Source: Acidimicrobiia bacterium
Lineage (GTDB): Bacteria > Actinomycetota > Acidimicrobiia > Spongiisociales > ZC4RG35
Direction: 5' to 3'
DNA length: 59,637 nucleotides
Assembly: GCA_015488325.1 (NCBI GenBank)
Contig: WFOA01000017.1
Coordinates: 1-59,637, forward strand
Below are positions 8,717 to 17,746 of the stretch, in pieces; position 1 is the first letter of the stretch; each line of letters opens with the position of its first letter. A program made the translations under genes and the position numbers. The notes beneath the pieces are model-generated. The model was not told the DNA's origin and made no database searches. It saw only the letters and a list, made by a program, of their open reading frames with translations.

Positions 8717-10452
8717 CCGTCTACGTCGCACCCGAGCTCAAACCCCCCGAACCGCCCCCGGAGGCCCGCCAGCTCGGAGCCTGGGTGTGGCTGCGCAAGA
8801 ACCTGTTCAACACCTGGTACAACGGCGTGCTCACCGTGGTCCTGGCGGTGGGCATCGTCTGGGGTGCCCGGGGTGCGTTCGCCTTCCTGCTCTCCCCCGA
8901 CCGTCTGTGGGGGGTGATCCCTCCGAACGCCACCAACTACGCGGTCGACGTCTACCCCCGACCCGAGCTGACCCGCATCTGGGTGACGCTGGCCGTCGTC
9001 ATGGTGCTGGTGGGGCTCAGCTCCGCCACCTGGCGGCCGACGGGGAAGACCTCCTGGGGCACCATCCTGGCGGTGGTCCGGGCGACGGGGGTCGCCGCCT
9101 TCGCGGTAGGGCTGTTGGTGCCGCCCACCTTCGTCGGGCGGAACCCCCTCCTCGTCGGTGGCGCCGTCCTCGTCCTCCTCGGCGCAGTGGGGATACGGGC
9201 CGCCGGACCGGCCGCCCGGGAAGAGCGTCTGCCGATGCTCGGTGTCCTGGCCGGGGTACTGGTCCTCGCCCTCGTCGTGATCTGGCTGCTCCCGGTGGCC
9301 AAAACGACGAAGGTTCCGTGGACCATCGAGGTGCTGGTGCTCGCCGCCGCCCATCTCGTCGGCCGGCCACTGGTGCGGGCGGTCGGCGAGAAGACCCTGA
9401 AGGTGGTGCTCTCGTTCCTCTGGGTGCTTTCGCTTCCGGTCATCTACCTCCACCTGGAACGCAAACCCGTCATCCCCTGGGAGGTCGTCGTCTCGTGGCT
9501 GCCCTGGGTGCTGCCGGTCCTGGTCGTCGGCTACCTGGCGATCCTGTACGCGAGCCGGGCGGGCCGAGAACGGGCGGCGGCGCTCAACGCCCTGTTGGTG
9601 GTGGCGGCGCTGGCGGTGTGGTTCGTGCCGTCCCCGATGGTCGTCCGCCTGCTGATGCTGGTCCTCGTCGGTTTCACCCTGGCGGCTCCCACCTTCGCCT
9701 CCAGCGGCAACGGCCGTCGGAACTTCATGGTGGGATGGTCGGGGGCGACGTTCTTCCTCGTCTACTTCGTCACCCTGGCGGTGGCCGAGACGGGGCTCGA
9801 GACCCAGGGCGACTTCCTCGGCGGCCTCAACCTCACCTTCCTCCTCGCCCTGGGCGGGATGCTGCTGTCCTTCCCGATCGGGATCATGATGGCCCTCGGC
9901 AGGACGTCGACGATGCCGATCTTCCGACTGCTCTCCACCGGCTACATCGAGATCGTCCGTGGGGTGCCCCTCATCACCGTGCTGTTCTTCGCCGACAAGG
10001 TGGTGCCCCGGTTCCTGCCTCCCGGTCTCGACTTCGACGGGGTCGTGAAGGCCATCATCGCCATCGCCCTGTTCTCCGGCGCCTACCTGGCCGAGAACGT
10101 ACGGGGTGGACTCCAGTCGATCCCGAAAGGGCAGTACGAGGCGGCGCGAGCCTTGGGGATGACGACGGCGCAGATGACGATGCTCATCACCCTGCCGCAG
10201 GCGCTCCGAGCCGTCATCCCTGCGATCGTCGGTCAGGTCATCTCCCTGTTCAAAGACACCTCCCTGGTGGCGATCATCGGACTCGCCGACTTCTTCCGGG
10301 TGGCCCGGGACATCGTCCCCAATCAGCCGGCGTCGCTGGGAAGCCAGATCGAGAACCTGGTGATGGCAGCGGTGGTGTACTGGATCTTCACCTTCAGCTT
10401 CAGTCGGGCGAGTCTCCGTCTGGAGCGCAAACTCGGCGTGGGCACGCGGTAG
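8713..10452 (+). CDS. Amino-acid ABC transporter permease (AapM/BztC-like) with a long N-terminal polytopic extension
   Basis: The C-terminal ~230 aa is a canonical His/Glu/Gln/Arg-type permease domain (GQYEAARALGMTTAQMTMLITLPQALRAVIPAIVGQ). The first ~350 aa are additional hydrophobic helices. Confidence 0.85.
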   Translation: MTVYVAPELKPPEPPPEARQLGAWVWLRKNLFNTWYNGVLTVVLAVGIVWGARGAFAFLLSPDRLWGVIPPNATNYAVDVYPRPELTRIWVTLAVVMVLVGLSSATWRPTGKTSWGTILAVVRATGVAAFAVGLLVPPTFVGRNPLLVGGAVLVLLGAVGIRAAGPAAREERLPMLGVLAGVLVLALVVIWLLPVAKTTKVPWTIEVLVLAAAHLVGRPLVRAVGEKTLKVVLSFLWVLSLPVIYLHLERKPVIPWEVVVSWLPWVLPVLVVGYLAILYASRAGRERAAALNALLVVAALAVWFVPSPMVVRLLMLVLVGFTLAAPTFASSGNGRRNFMVGWSGATFFLVYFVTLAVAETGLETQGDFLGGLNLTFLLALGGMLLSFPIGIMMALGRTSTMPIFRLLSTGYIEIVRGVPLITVLFFADKVVPRFLPPGLDFDGVVKAIIAIALFSGAYLAENVRGGLQSIPKGQYEAARALGMTTAQMTMLITLPQALRAVIPAIVGQVISLFKDTSLVAIIGLADFFRVARDIVPNQPASLGSQIENLVMAAVVYWIFTFSFSRASLRLERKLGVGTR

Positions 10453-10461
10453 GAGGACCTG

Positions 10462-11208
10462 ATGGCGGACAACGGCAAACGGGACATCATCATCTGCGAA
10501 GACGTCAAGAAGTGGTTCGGGGACTTCCAGGCCCTCCGGGGGATCTCCACCCGCGTGTACGAACAGGAAGTGGTCGTCATCATCGGTCCCTCGGGTTCGG
10601 GCAAATCGACCTGGATCCGGTGCATCAACCGGCTCGAAGTACATCAGGAGGGGCGGATCATCGTCGACGGGATCGAGCTCACCTCCGACGTCCGGAACAT
10701 CGAACAGATCCGCTCCGAAGTGGGGATGGTGTTCCAGCAGTTCAACCTCTTCCCCCACCTCACCGTGATGCAGAACATCACCCTCGCCCAGACGTGGGTG
10801 CGGAAACGGACCAAGGCCGAAGCCGAGGAGAAGGCCATGGCGCTGCTGGAACGGGTCGGGATCCCCGAACAGGCGCACAAGTTCCCCGGTCAGCTCTCCG
10901 GCGGCCAGCAGCAGCGGGTGGCGATCGCCCGGTCCCTGGCGATGGACCCGAAGATCATGCTCTTCGACGAGCCGACGTCGGCCCTCGACCCGGAGATGAT
11001 CAAAGAGGTGCTCGACGTGATGAAAGAGCTCGCCCAGTCGGGGATGACGATGCTGGTGGTCACCCACGAGATGGGGTTCGCCCGGGAGGTGGCGGACCGG
11101 GTCATCTTCATGGACCAGGGCCAGATCGTCGAAGAGGGCACTCCCGAGCATTTCTTCACCAACCCCCAACACGACCGGACCAAGCTCTTCCTGAGCCAGA
11201 TCCTCTGA
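10462..11208 (+). CDS. Amino-acid ABC transporter ATP-binding protein (GlnQ/AapP-like)
   Basis: Walker A (GPSGSGKST), Q-loop, ABC signature ([13 protein letters not shown]), Walker B ([11 protein letters not shown]) and H-loop (VVTHEM). Confidence 0.95.
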   Translation: MADNGKRDIIICEDVKKWFGDFQALRGISTRVYEQEVVVIIGPSGSGKSTWIRCINRLEVHQEGRIIVDGIELTSDVRNIEQIRSEVGMVFQQFNLFPHLTVMQNITLAQTWVRKRTKAEAEEKAMALLERVGIPEQAHKFPGQLSGGQQQRVAIARSLAMDPKIMLFDEPTSALDPEMIKEVLDVMKELAQSGMTMLVVTHEMGFAREVADRVIFMDQGQIVEEGTPEHFFTNPQHDRTKLFLSQIL

Positions 11209-11404
11209 CGGGACACACCTGGCCGCGTCGGACGTGAGGTGGGTCCTAGGGCCCTCGTGAGGTGATGAGACCCAGGCCGCCGTCCCGGCGGTGACCTAGG
11301 GGGCGAACGGGGGAGACGACCGCCGACCCTCGGGCCACATCCGACCGGTCTGGGTGAGATGACGGGGGATCGGAGGGGACTACCCCTATCCTCGCGGCAT
11401 CCCC

Positions 11405-12931
11405 ATGACCGTCGGCCGCGCCGTGTTCATCGTCGTCACCGGGTCGGTGCTCGGGATGGCCGCGTTCTTCCTCGTCGGCCTCCCCGAGGTCCCGGCCACG
11501 GCGACGCCGGAGCCCGCCGTCCCCTCCACCACCTCGACCGTCACGTCGACGACGCCGACCACCATCCCCGAGGCCGTGGCGGTCCCCGAGCGATCGGAGC
11601 CTCCGGCGGCTGTGGCGAACGCGGTGGGCCAACCCTGGGGGACGGTGGCAGGGATCACCATGTTCCGAGGCAACCCCACCCGCACCTGGTACGGGACCGG
11701 ACCCGTCCCCGCCGAGCCGGTGAAGCCGCTGTGGCGGTATCCGGACGCCCCGATGTGCTCCCGCTCCACCAGCGGAGGGGAGACACGCCTGTGGTGCGGA
11801 ACCGGATGGACGGGACAGCCCGTCGTCTGGGAACGTCCCGACGGCGTCACCGAGGTGATCGTCGGCGCATACGACGGGGCGGTCCACTTCGTCGACGCCG
11901 AGACGGGAACCGAGCTTCGGCCCCCCTTCGTCACCGGGGACCTGGTGAAAGGGTCGGTGACCCTCGACCCGGACGGGTACCCCCTCATCTACTTCGGGTC
12001 CCGAGACAACCGCCTCCGGGTGGTCGCCCTCGACCGGGACGTACCCACCGAACTGTGGTCGCTGGACGCCGCAGCCGTCCCGGGGATGTGGAACGACGAC
12101 TGGGACGCCAACCCGGTGATCGTCGACGGGCTCATGTTCGAAGGCGGGGAGAACGGCTGGTTCTTCGTCGTCGACCTGGCGCGAGGCTACGACGCCGACG
12201 GAAAGGTCACCGTCGACCCGCGGATCGTGTTCCAGATGCCCGCCTGGAACGACGATCTGGTCCGTCGGGTGGGGCGCAACGTGTCGATCGAGAACTCGGT
12301 GGCGGTGTTCGAAGACGTCGCCTTCTTCGCCAACTCGGGGGGACGGGTGCTGGGCCTCGACATCTCCCGTGTCCGGGAAGGGGTCGCCCCCGTCGTGCTC
12401 GACTTCTGGGTCGGCGACGACGTGGACGCCACCGTGGTGGTCGACGCCGACGGGATGCTGTACGTCGCGGTGGAGGAGGAGCGGAAGAACCGCCGGTCCC
12501 GGGAGATCGGCCAGCTCGTGAAACTCGACCCTTCCCGACCTTCCGACCCTTTCGTGTGGGGGGTCGCCATCCCCGGCGGCGCCGACGACGGTGGGGTGTG
12601 GGCCACACCGGCCCTCGGTGACGGCTTCCTGTACGTGCCCACCCAGCCCGGGGACCTCCTCGCCGTCGACACCGACACCGGTGAAGTGACCTGGAGGGGT
12701 CGGGTCGGATGGCATGCCTGGTCGTCCCCGGTGATCGTCGACGGCACGCTGCTCGTGGCGACCTGCAGCGGCGAGCTCCGTGCCTACTCCCTCGAAGACC
12801 CCGCGCGACCGCGCCTCCGCTGGGAGACCCAGGTGTCGGAGTCGTGTATCGAGTCGACGCCGGCGGTGTGGAGAGGACGGGTGTATGTGGGCGCGCGGGA
12901 CGGGTTCCTGTACGGTTTGGCGGCGCCGTGA
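11405..12931 (+). CDS. Membrane-anchored PQQ-like beta-propeller repeat protein
   Basis: N-terminal TM helix (VFIVVTGSVLGMAAFFLVGL) and a T/P/S-rich linker. Repeated propeller blades of the BamB/PQQ-like type follow (GAVHFVDAETGTE, LLAVDTDTGEVTWR, RDGFLYGL). Confidence 0.7.
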   Translation: MTVGRAVFIVVTGSVLGMAAFFLVGLPEVPATATPEPAVPSTTSTVTSTTPTTIPEAVAVPERSEPPAAVANAVGQPWGTVAGITMFRGNPTRTWYGTGPVPAEPVKPLWRYPDAPMCSRSTSGGETRLWCGTGWTGQPVVWERPDGVTEVIVGAYDGAVHFVDAETGTELRPPFVTGDLVKGSVTLDPDGYPLIYFGSRDNRLRVVALDRDVPTELWSLDAAAVPGMWNDDWDANPVIVDGLMFEGGENGWFFVVDLARGYDADGKVTVDPRIVFQMPAWNDDLVRRVGRNVSIENSVAVFEDVAFFANSGGRVLGLDISRVREGVAPVVLDFWVGDDVDATVVVDADGMLYVAVEEERKNRRSREIGQLVKLDPSRPSDPFVWGVAIPGGADDGGVWATPALGDGFLYVPTQPGDLLAVDTDTGEVTWRGRVGWHAWSSPVIVDGTLLVATCSGELRAYSLEDPARPRLRWETQVSESCIESTPAVWRGRVYVGARDGFLYGLAAP

Positions 12932-12957
12932 CGGGCCGGTTCGGTTGATCCGGGGAG

Positions 12958-14163
12958 GTGATGGTGGCGGCGGTGGTGACGTTGGCGGTGCTCGGCGCCG
13001 GATACGGGCTGTTCCGTCCCCGCCTGCGCCGTTCGACACTGTGGAAGGCGACGGTCACCCCTCTGGCGTCGATCATCGGCTCCGGGTTCCTGGTGGTGGC
13101 ACCGCTGCTGGCTGCAGCCGTCGGACGGTGGGCGCCGGTGGGGATGGCTGCGGTGGTCGCCGTCGGCTACGCGATGGGATGGGTCATGCGGTACGCCGTC
13201 GCCGCCGTCGAACCGGTCCTCGGCGACGATCCCCCGGCGGTGCTCGTCGACCTCGACCGGCTCTCCGAGATCGCCCTCGGTTTCGCCTACACGGTCTCGG
13301 TGGCGTTCTACCTTCGTCTTCTCGCCTCCTTCCTGCTGCGTCCCTTCGATGGGGACGCCGAACCTGCGGCACGGCTCGTCGCCACGGCGCTCATGTTGGG
13401 GATCGGCGTGGTGGGATGGCGTCGGGGGTTCGAAGGGATGGAGGCGGTCGAAGAGGCGGCCGTCGACATCAAGCTGTCGATCATCGCCGGGCTGATCACC
13501 GGGCTGGTGGTGTTCGACGTCGTCGGTCCCGGCGGGGTGGGGGGTTCCTCCTCGGCTTCCCCGGCGGCGGACCCGTGGTCGACGGTTCGGACCCTGGCGG
13601 GGATGGTGATCGTGGTGCAGGGGTTCGAGACCTCTCGGTATCTGGGCAGCGAGTTCGACGCAGCGGTCCGGGTGAAGACGATGCGGCTCGCCCAGTGGAT
13701 CTCGGGTGGGATCTACCTCGTGTTCGTGTCGGCCATGGTCCCGCTCTTCGGGACCTTCCCCCCACAGGTGTCGGACACCGCCATCATCGACGCGGCCGTC
13801 ACCGTCACGCCGATCCTCGGACCGCTGGTCCTCGTCGCGGCGGTGGCCAGCCAGCTCTCGGCGGCGGTGGCCGACACCGCCGGTGGAGGCGCCATGCTGG
13901 TCGAAGGGCGGCGGCGATCCCGCCAGGCCCGGGCAGGGTATGCGGCGGTGCTGGCGGGAGCGGCGGCGATCGTGTGGATCTCCAACGTGTTCGAGATCGT
14001 CGCGTTCGCCTCCCGGGCCTTCGCGGTCTACTACCTGCTGCAGACGTTGTCGGCGATCCTGGTGGCTTTCCGCACCGGCGTGGCCGTCCGGAAACTGGCA
14101 GGGTTCGGGGCGGTGGCAGCGGTGATGGCCTTCGTGGTGTTGTTCGGGCTCCCGGTCGGCTGA
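12958..14163 (+). CDS. Polytopic membrane protein, possible transporter (function unknown)
   Basis: About 11 predicted hydrophobic helices and high GC3. It lies 27 nt downstream of the propeller gene. The motif ASIIGSGFLVVAPLL faintly recalls APC-type permeases. The start could be GTG 12958 or ATG 12961. Confidence 0.6.
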   Translation: MMVAAVVTLAVLGAGYGLFRPRLRRSTLWKATVTPLASIIGSGFLVVAPLLAAAVGRWAPVGMAAVVAVGYAMGWVMRYAVAAVEPVLGDDPPAVLVDLDRLSEIALGFAYTVSVAFYLRLLASFLLRPFDGDAEPAARLVATALMLGIGVVGWRRGFEGMEAVEEAAVDIKLSIIAGLITGLVVFDVVGPGGVGGSSSASPAADPWSTVRTLAGMVIVVQGFETSRYLGSEFDAAVRVKTMRLAQWISGGIYLVFVSAMVPLFGTFPPQVSDTAIIDAAVTVTPILGPLVLVAAVASQLSAAVADTAGGGAMLVEGRRRSRQARAGYAAVLAGAAAIVWISNVFEIVAFASRAFAVYYLLQTLSAILVAFRTGVAVRKLAGFGAVAAVMAFVVLFGLPVG

Positions 14164-14164
14164 C

Positions 14165-15307
14165 TCAGAGGTCGTCCCAGAGGTCCCCTTCGGCCAAGTC
14201 GATCACCGTCCACGCCATGGCCACCGCCCCGTCTTCGATCGCCTTGTCCCCGGCGGGGGTCACCGTGTGGGAGGCGAATTCGGGTTGGTGGTTCACTGCC
14301 GGCATCGAGTTGATCGACAGCATCGGATGGATGGTGGGGACCAACTTGGAGACGTTCCCCATGTCGGTCGAGCCGGTCTGGCTGGGGGGAAGGTCGTCAC
14401 CGCGGAGCATGAGCCGTCCGAGCCGTCCGGCGTTCTTCTGGAACAGCTCCACCATGAGCTCGTTGGAGATCAGCTCCTCGTAGGTGTGGCCGACGTGGTC
14501 GACGTGGTGGCTGCATCCGGTGGCGGTGGCGGCGGCTTCGAAGCAGGCGAGGACCTTCGTCATCAGCTCGTCGAGGCGCTGACGGGATTCGGCCCGCACG
14601 TACCACGACGATCGGGTGTAGGCGGGGATGATGTTGGGGGCGTCGCCTCCGTGGGTGATGATCCCGTGGATCTTGTCGGTCGGGTAGAGGGCTTGGCGGA
14701 GGGTGGCGATGTTCACGTAGGCCTGGACGAAGGCGTCGAGGGCGTTGACGCCGAGCTGAGGGTAGGCGGAGGCGTGGGCTTCTTTGCCGTGGAACTCGAC
14801 GTCGATGTGGGCGACGGCGATCACGTTCGGGTCGACGACGTCGAGGGGGGCGGGGTGGATCATCATCGCGGCGGTGGCGTCGTTGAACGCCCCGGCTTCG
14901 ATGAGGTCCACCTTGCCGCCGTAGTGCTCTTCGGCGGGGGTGCCGAGGACGGTGAGGCGGAAGCCGAGCTCGTCGGTGAGGGGAGCGAGGGCGTAGCCCG
15001 CCCCCAGGGCGGCGGTGGCGATGATGTTGTGCCCGCAGGCATGGCCGATCTTCGGGAGGGCGTCGTATTCGGCGCAGATCACCACGTGGGGGCCGTCGGT
15101 GCCGACCCGGGCGGCGAAGGCGGTGTCGAGCCCGTAGGCGGGGTATTCCACCTCGAACCCGGCGTCTCGGAGGAACTGGACGAGCCGTGCCGAGCTCTCT
15201 TTCTCCTGGTAGGCGGTCTCGGGATGGTCGTACATCCAGTGGGACAGTTCCCGGAGGGTGTCGAACACTTCGGCGACACGTGCCCGGGTGAGCTCTTTGC
15301 GGTCCAT
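14165..15307 (-). CDS. M20-family amidohydrolase (peptidase M20D / aminoacylase-like)
   Basis: ATG at 15307 is preceded by GAGGAGG. Typical motifs are HPETAYQEKESS, ICAEYDALP.IGHACGHN, GTPAEE and a dimerisation insert. The longer track ORF (to 15511) has a low-complexity T/V/A head and no SD, so it was rejected. Confidence 0.85.
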   Translation of the reverse strand: MDRKELTRARVAEVFDTLRELSHWMYDHPETAYQEKESSARLVQFLRDAGFEVEYPAYGLDTAFAARVGTDGPHVVICAEYDALPKIGHACGHNIIATAALGAGYALAPLTDELGFRLTVLGTPAEEHYGGKVDLIEAGAFNDATAAMMIHPAPLDVVDPNVIAVAHIDVEFHGKEAHASAYPQLGVNALDAFVQAYVNIATLRQALYPTDKIHGIITHGGDAPNIIPAYTRSSWYVRAESRQRLDELMTKVLACFEAAATATGCSHHVDHVGHTYEELISNELMVELFQKNAGRLGRLMLRGDDLPPSQTGSTDMGNVSKLVPTIHPMLSINSMPAVNHQPEFASHTVTPAGDKAIEDGAVAMAWTVIDLAEGDLWDDL

Positions 15308-15377
15308 CGGCCCTCCTCGGTGTGGTCCGATCCTAGGAAGGTGGGCGCCGGTGTCGTCGGTGTCTAGCCTGGATTCG

Positions 15378-15902
15378 ATGCGACGTCTCGCCCTCGTGGT
15401 GGCTGCCGGTCTGGTCGCCGGCGCCTGTGGCGCTCCGGAAGGCGCGACCACCACCGTGTCGCCTCCCCAGGTGACGTCCACCACCACGACGGTGGCGACG
15501 ACCGTCGTCACGTTCCCGCCCGAATGCCCGCCCGTCCCCTATCGGGTGGGGGTGCTGCCGTCCCGGGTGACCCAGGCGCCGGTGGAACCGTCGGCGGTGG
15601 CCCTCGACGAGTTCACGTCGATCCCCGGGACGAGTTCGCTCATCTGGGTGGATGCCGACGGCGACCCCGCGGTCGGGCTGGTCCGAGGCACGCTGCCGCC
15701 GCGGGAGTACCCCGGCCCGAAGGGTGAGGTGGAGGTCGCCGGGGTGCGGGGAGTCGCCGGGCAGTTCGAAGACGGCACCTGGGTGGTGGCCTGGTTCGAA
15801 GAGCCCGGCGACCGGTGCGACCTGTACACGATGGTCTTCTACCAGCCGGTGACGCCCGACGAGGTCCGCGCCACCGTCGCCTCGATCAGCCGCCGAGGAT
15901 GA
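15378..15902 (+). CDS. Hypothetical lipoprotein
   Basis: ATG at 15378, a lipobox (LVAGAC) and a T-rich linker. I recognised no family. Confidence 0.55.
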   Translation: MRRLALVVAAGLVAGACGAPEGATTTVSPPQVTSTTTTVATTVVTFPPECPPVPYRVGVLPSRVTQAPVEPSAVALDEFTSIPGTSSLIWVDADGDPAVGLVRGTLPPREYPGPKGEVEVAGVRGVAGQFEDGTWVVAWFEEPGDRCDLYTMVFYQPVTPDEVRATVASISRRG

Positions 15903-15918
15903 GGAGACTCCGCCCCGG

Positions 15919-16899
15919 TCACTGGTCGGTGGTCGGCCTCATCATCCCCTGATCGGTCTTCTTGCCTTCGTCGTGGGTCATGGCCGTCCCGTGGCGTTCG
16001 GACAAGATCTCCCCGATCGCCGCCACGCTGCCGAGGACCCCGGACGTGTCGAGGGGCAGGAAGATCTTGGTGGCCCGCCCGTCGGCGATCCCCTGGAGGG
16101 CCTCCAGGTAGCGGATGGCGATGAGGTCGGGGGTGGGGTCGCCGGCGTGGATCGCCGAGAACACCCGTTCGATGGCTCTCGCCTCACCTTCCGCCACCGT
16201 TTCTTTCTGGAACCGCTCGGCTTCGGCGACCTGTTTGATGGCTTCGGCCTGGCCTTGGGCTTCCAGGATGCGCGACTCCCGGATTCCTTCGGCTTTCAGG
16301 ATGCGGGCTCGCTTGTCACCTTCGGCTTCGGTGACGAGGGCGCGCCGGTCGCGTTCCGCCTTCATCTGGCGGTGCATGGCTTCGGTGACGTCGGCGGGGG
16401 GTTCGATCCGCTGGATCTCCACCCGCACGACCCGAGTGCCCCACTTGTCGGTGGCGTCGTCGAGGATCTCCCGCAGCTTGGCGTTGATGATCTCTCGGGA
16501 GGTGAGCGCCGAGTCGAGGTCGAGGTCGCCGACGACGTTCCGTAGGTTCGTCTGGGCGAGTTTGGTGACGGCCACGATGAAGTTCTGGACGTTGTATTTC
16601 AGCTTGACCGGGTCGGTGGCCTCGAAATAGATCACGGCGTCGACGGTGACCACCACGTTGTCTTTGGTGATGACCTCTTGGGGCGGGACGTCCACGACCT
16701 GTTCCCGCATGTCCACCTTGATGAGGCGTTTCACGAAGGGCATCACCCACCGCAGGCCCGAATCCACGGTGCGTTGGTAGCGTCCGAGGAACTCGATGAG
16801 CCCTTTCTCGTAGGGCCGCACCACCCGGAACCCGCTGGCGGCGATCACGATCAGCACCACCGCCAACACCGCGAACAACAACACGATCTGTTCCATCAC
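15919..16899 (-). CDS. SPFH/Band-7 (stomatin/QmcA-like) membrane scaffold protein
   Basis: N-terminal TM segment, then an SPFH core (VVRPYEKGLIEFLGRYQRTVDSGLRWVMPF..., TKDNVVVTVDAVIYF, GTRVVRVEIQRIEPP) and an E/A/R-rich coiled coil. An AAGGAGAAGG SD sits upstream. It lies directly downstream of an NfeD-domain gene. Confidence 0.92.
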   Translation of the reverse strand: MMEQIVLLFAVLAVVLIVIAASGFRVVRPYEKGLIEFLGRYQRTVDSGLRWVMPFVKRLIKVDMREQVVDVPPQEVITKDNVVVTVDAVIYFEATDPVKLKYNVQNFIVAVTKLAQTNLRNVVGDLDLDSALTSREIINAKLREILDDATDKWGTRVVRVEIQRIEPPADVTEAMHRQMKAERDRRALVTEAEGDKRARILKAEGIRESRILEAQGQAEAIKQVAEAERFQKETVAEGEARAIERVFSAIHAGDPTPDLIAIRYLEALQGIADGRATKIFLPLDTSGVLGSVAAIGEILSERHGTAMTHDEGKKTDQGMMRPTTDQ

Positions 16900-16945
16900 C
16901 TTCTCCTTGGCTCGTCTCGGTTCGTCTCGTGTGCTCTCGTTCCCG

Positions 16946-17746
16946 TCAGCCGTCGTCGATGGGGGTCACGACCAGTCGGGTCCCCCGCACCTCCACCACC
17001 CGGACCTTCGTGCCTCGGGGGATCGGGTCCGCTTCGGTGACGGCTCGCCATTGTTCGTTGTCGATCCTCACCATGCCCCCGTCGATGGGGTCGATGTCCT
17101 GGAGGACCACCCCGGTGGCGCCTTTCCACCGGTTGGCGCCGACCGCCGGTTGGTCGGCGGTGTCCTGGTGGCGGATGAACCGCTGGAGGTAGACGAGGGA
17201 GGCCAGGGACACCCCGAAGAAGACCAGCCATTGGGCCAGCACCGACACGCCGATCCAGGCCAGCACCGCGGCGGCGGCCGCCCCGATGGCGAAGGGGAGG
17301 AGGAAGAATCCCGCAGTGAAGATCTCCCCGATCCCCATGAAGATGGCGAATGCGGTCCACAACCAGCGCCAGATCTCGTTGTCCATGTCGGATCCTCCTC
17401 CCTGGCCTCCGGCGACTCCGGCGGCGACGACCAGGGCGACCGCCCCGACCGTGTAGGCACCCAGCTCTCGCCGCCATCGGCGCCGGGCTCGTCGTTCTCC
17501 TCTGACGATCTCGTCCCAGCGGCCTGGTGGCTGGGCGGTCCGGTACTCGGCCGCCCACGCTTCGGCGAAACTGGCGACGTCACCGCCGAGGACTGCTTCG
17601 ACGCTGCGGCCGTCGGCGGCGGCTTCGGCGAGATGCTGTTCCAGTTCCAGACGCATCTCGGAGACGGCCTGGCGGGGGACACCCGTTTTCGACCAGTAGC
17701 GCTCGCAGTCGGCGACCACCCGGGTGATGTCCCACCGATCAACCAT
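16946..17746 (-). CDS. Fusion ORF: N-terminal helical PadR-partner (HAAS/DUF1700-like) sensor region plus TM, joined in frame to an NfeD domain
   Basis: The C-terminal 146 aa is a canonical short NfeD: two TM helices (WLWTAFAIFMGIGEIFTAGFFLLPFAIGAAAAAVLAW) and an OB domain (GATGVVLQDIDPIDGGMVRIDNEQWRAVTE..GTKVRVVEVRGTRLVV). The N-terminal 120 aa (RYWSKTGVPRQAVSEMRLELEQHLAEAAADGRSVEAVLG..) plus a TM helix resembles PadR-associated sensor proteins. The start ATG at 17746 overlaps the padR stop (ATGGTTGA). An internal ATG at 17386 follows a strong GGGAGGAGGA SD. Confidence 0.7.
   Translation of the reverse strand: MVDRWDITRVVADCERYWSKTGVPRQAVSEMRLELEQHLAEAAADGRSVEAVLGGDVASFAEAWAAEYRTAQPPGRWDEIVRGERRARRRWRRELGAYTVGAVALVVAAGVAGGQGGGSDMDNEIWRWLWTAFAIFMGIGEIFTAGFFLLPFAIGAAAAAVLAWIGVSVLAQWLVFFGVSLASLVYLQRFIRHQDTADQPAVGANRWKGATGVVLQDIDPIDGGMVRIDNEQWRAVTEADPIPRGTKVRVVEVRGTRLVVTPIDDG

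Noticed and set aside
8641-11172. Very long ORFs running antisense to, or out of frame with, well-supported genes. Examples are 8641-11172(-), 20551-23103(-), 2030-3802(-), 11246-13039(-), 25492-27588(-), 40922-43543(+), 45020-47197(-) and 54748-57093(-).
   Set aside because: This is a typical high-GC artefact, because stop codons are rare in all frames. The translations are low-complexity and rich in R/G/P/D/H/E, with no recognisable motifs. Each overlaps a gene with clear family signatures on the other strand or in another frame.
15308-15511. Upstream extensions of several track ORFs. Examples are M20 to 15511, LLM to 27074, SDR ORFs to 40617, 44137, 45356 and 45402, carboxylase alpha to 34950, and thiolase from 50024.
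   Set aside because: The extensions overlap neighbouring genes or consist of Arg/Pro/Gly-rich low-complexity sequence. Internal starts with SD sequences, or stop-start overlaps with the upstream gene, reproduce the canonical family N-termini.
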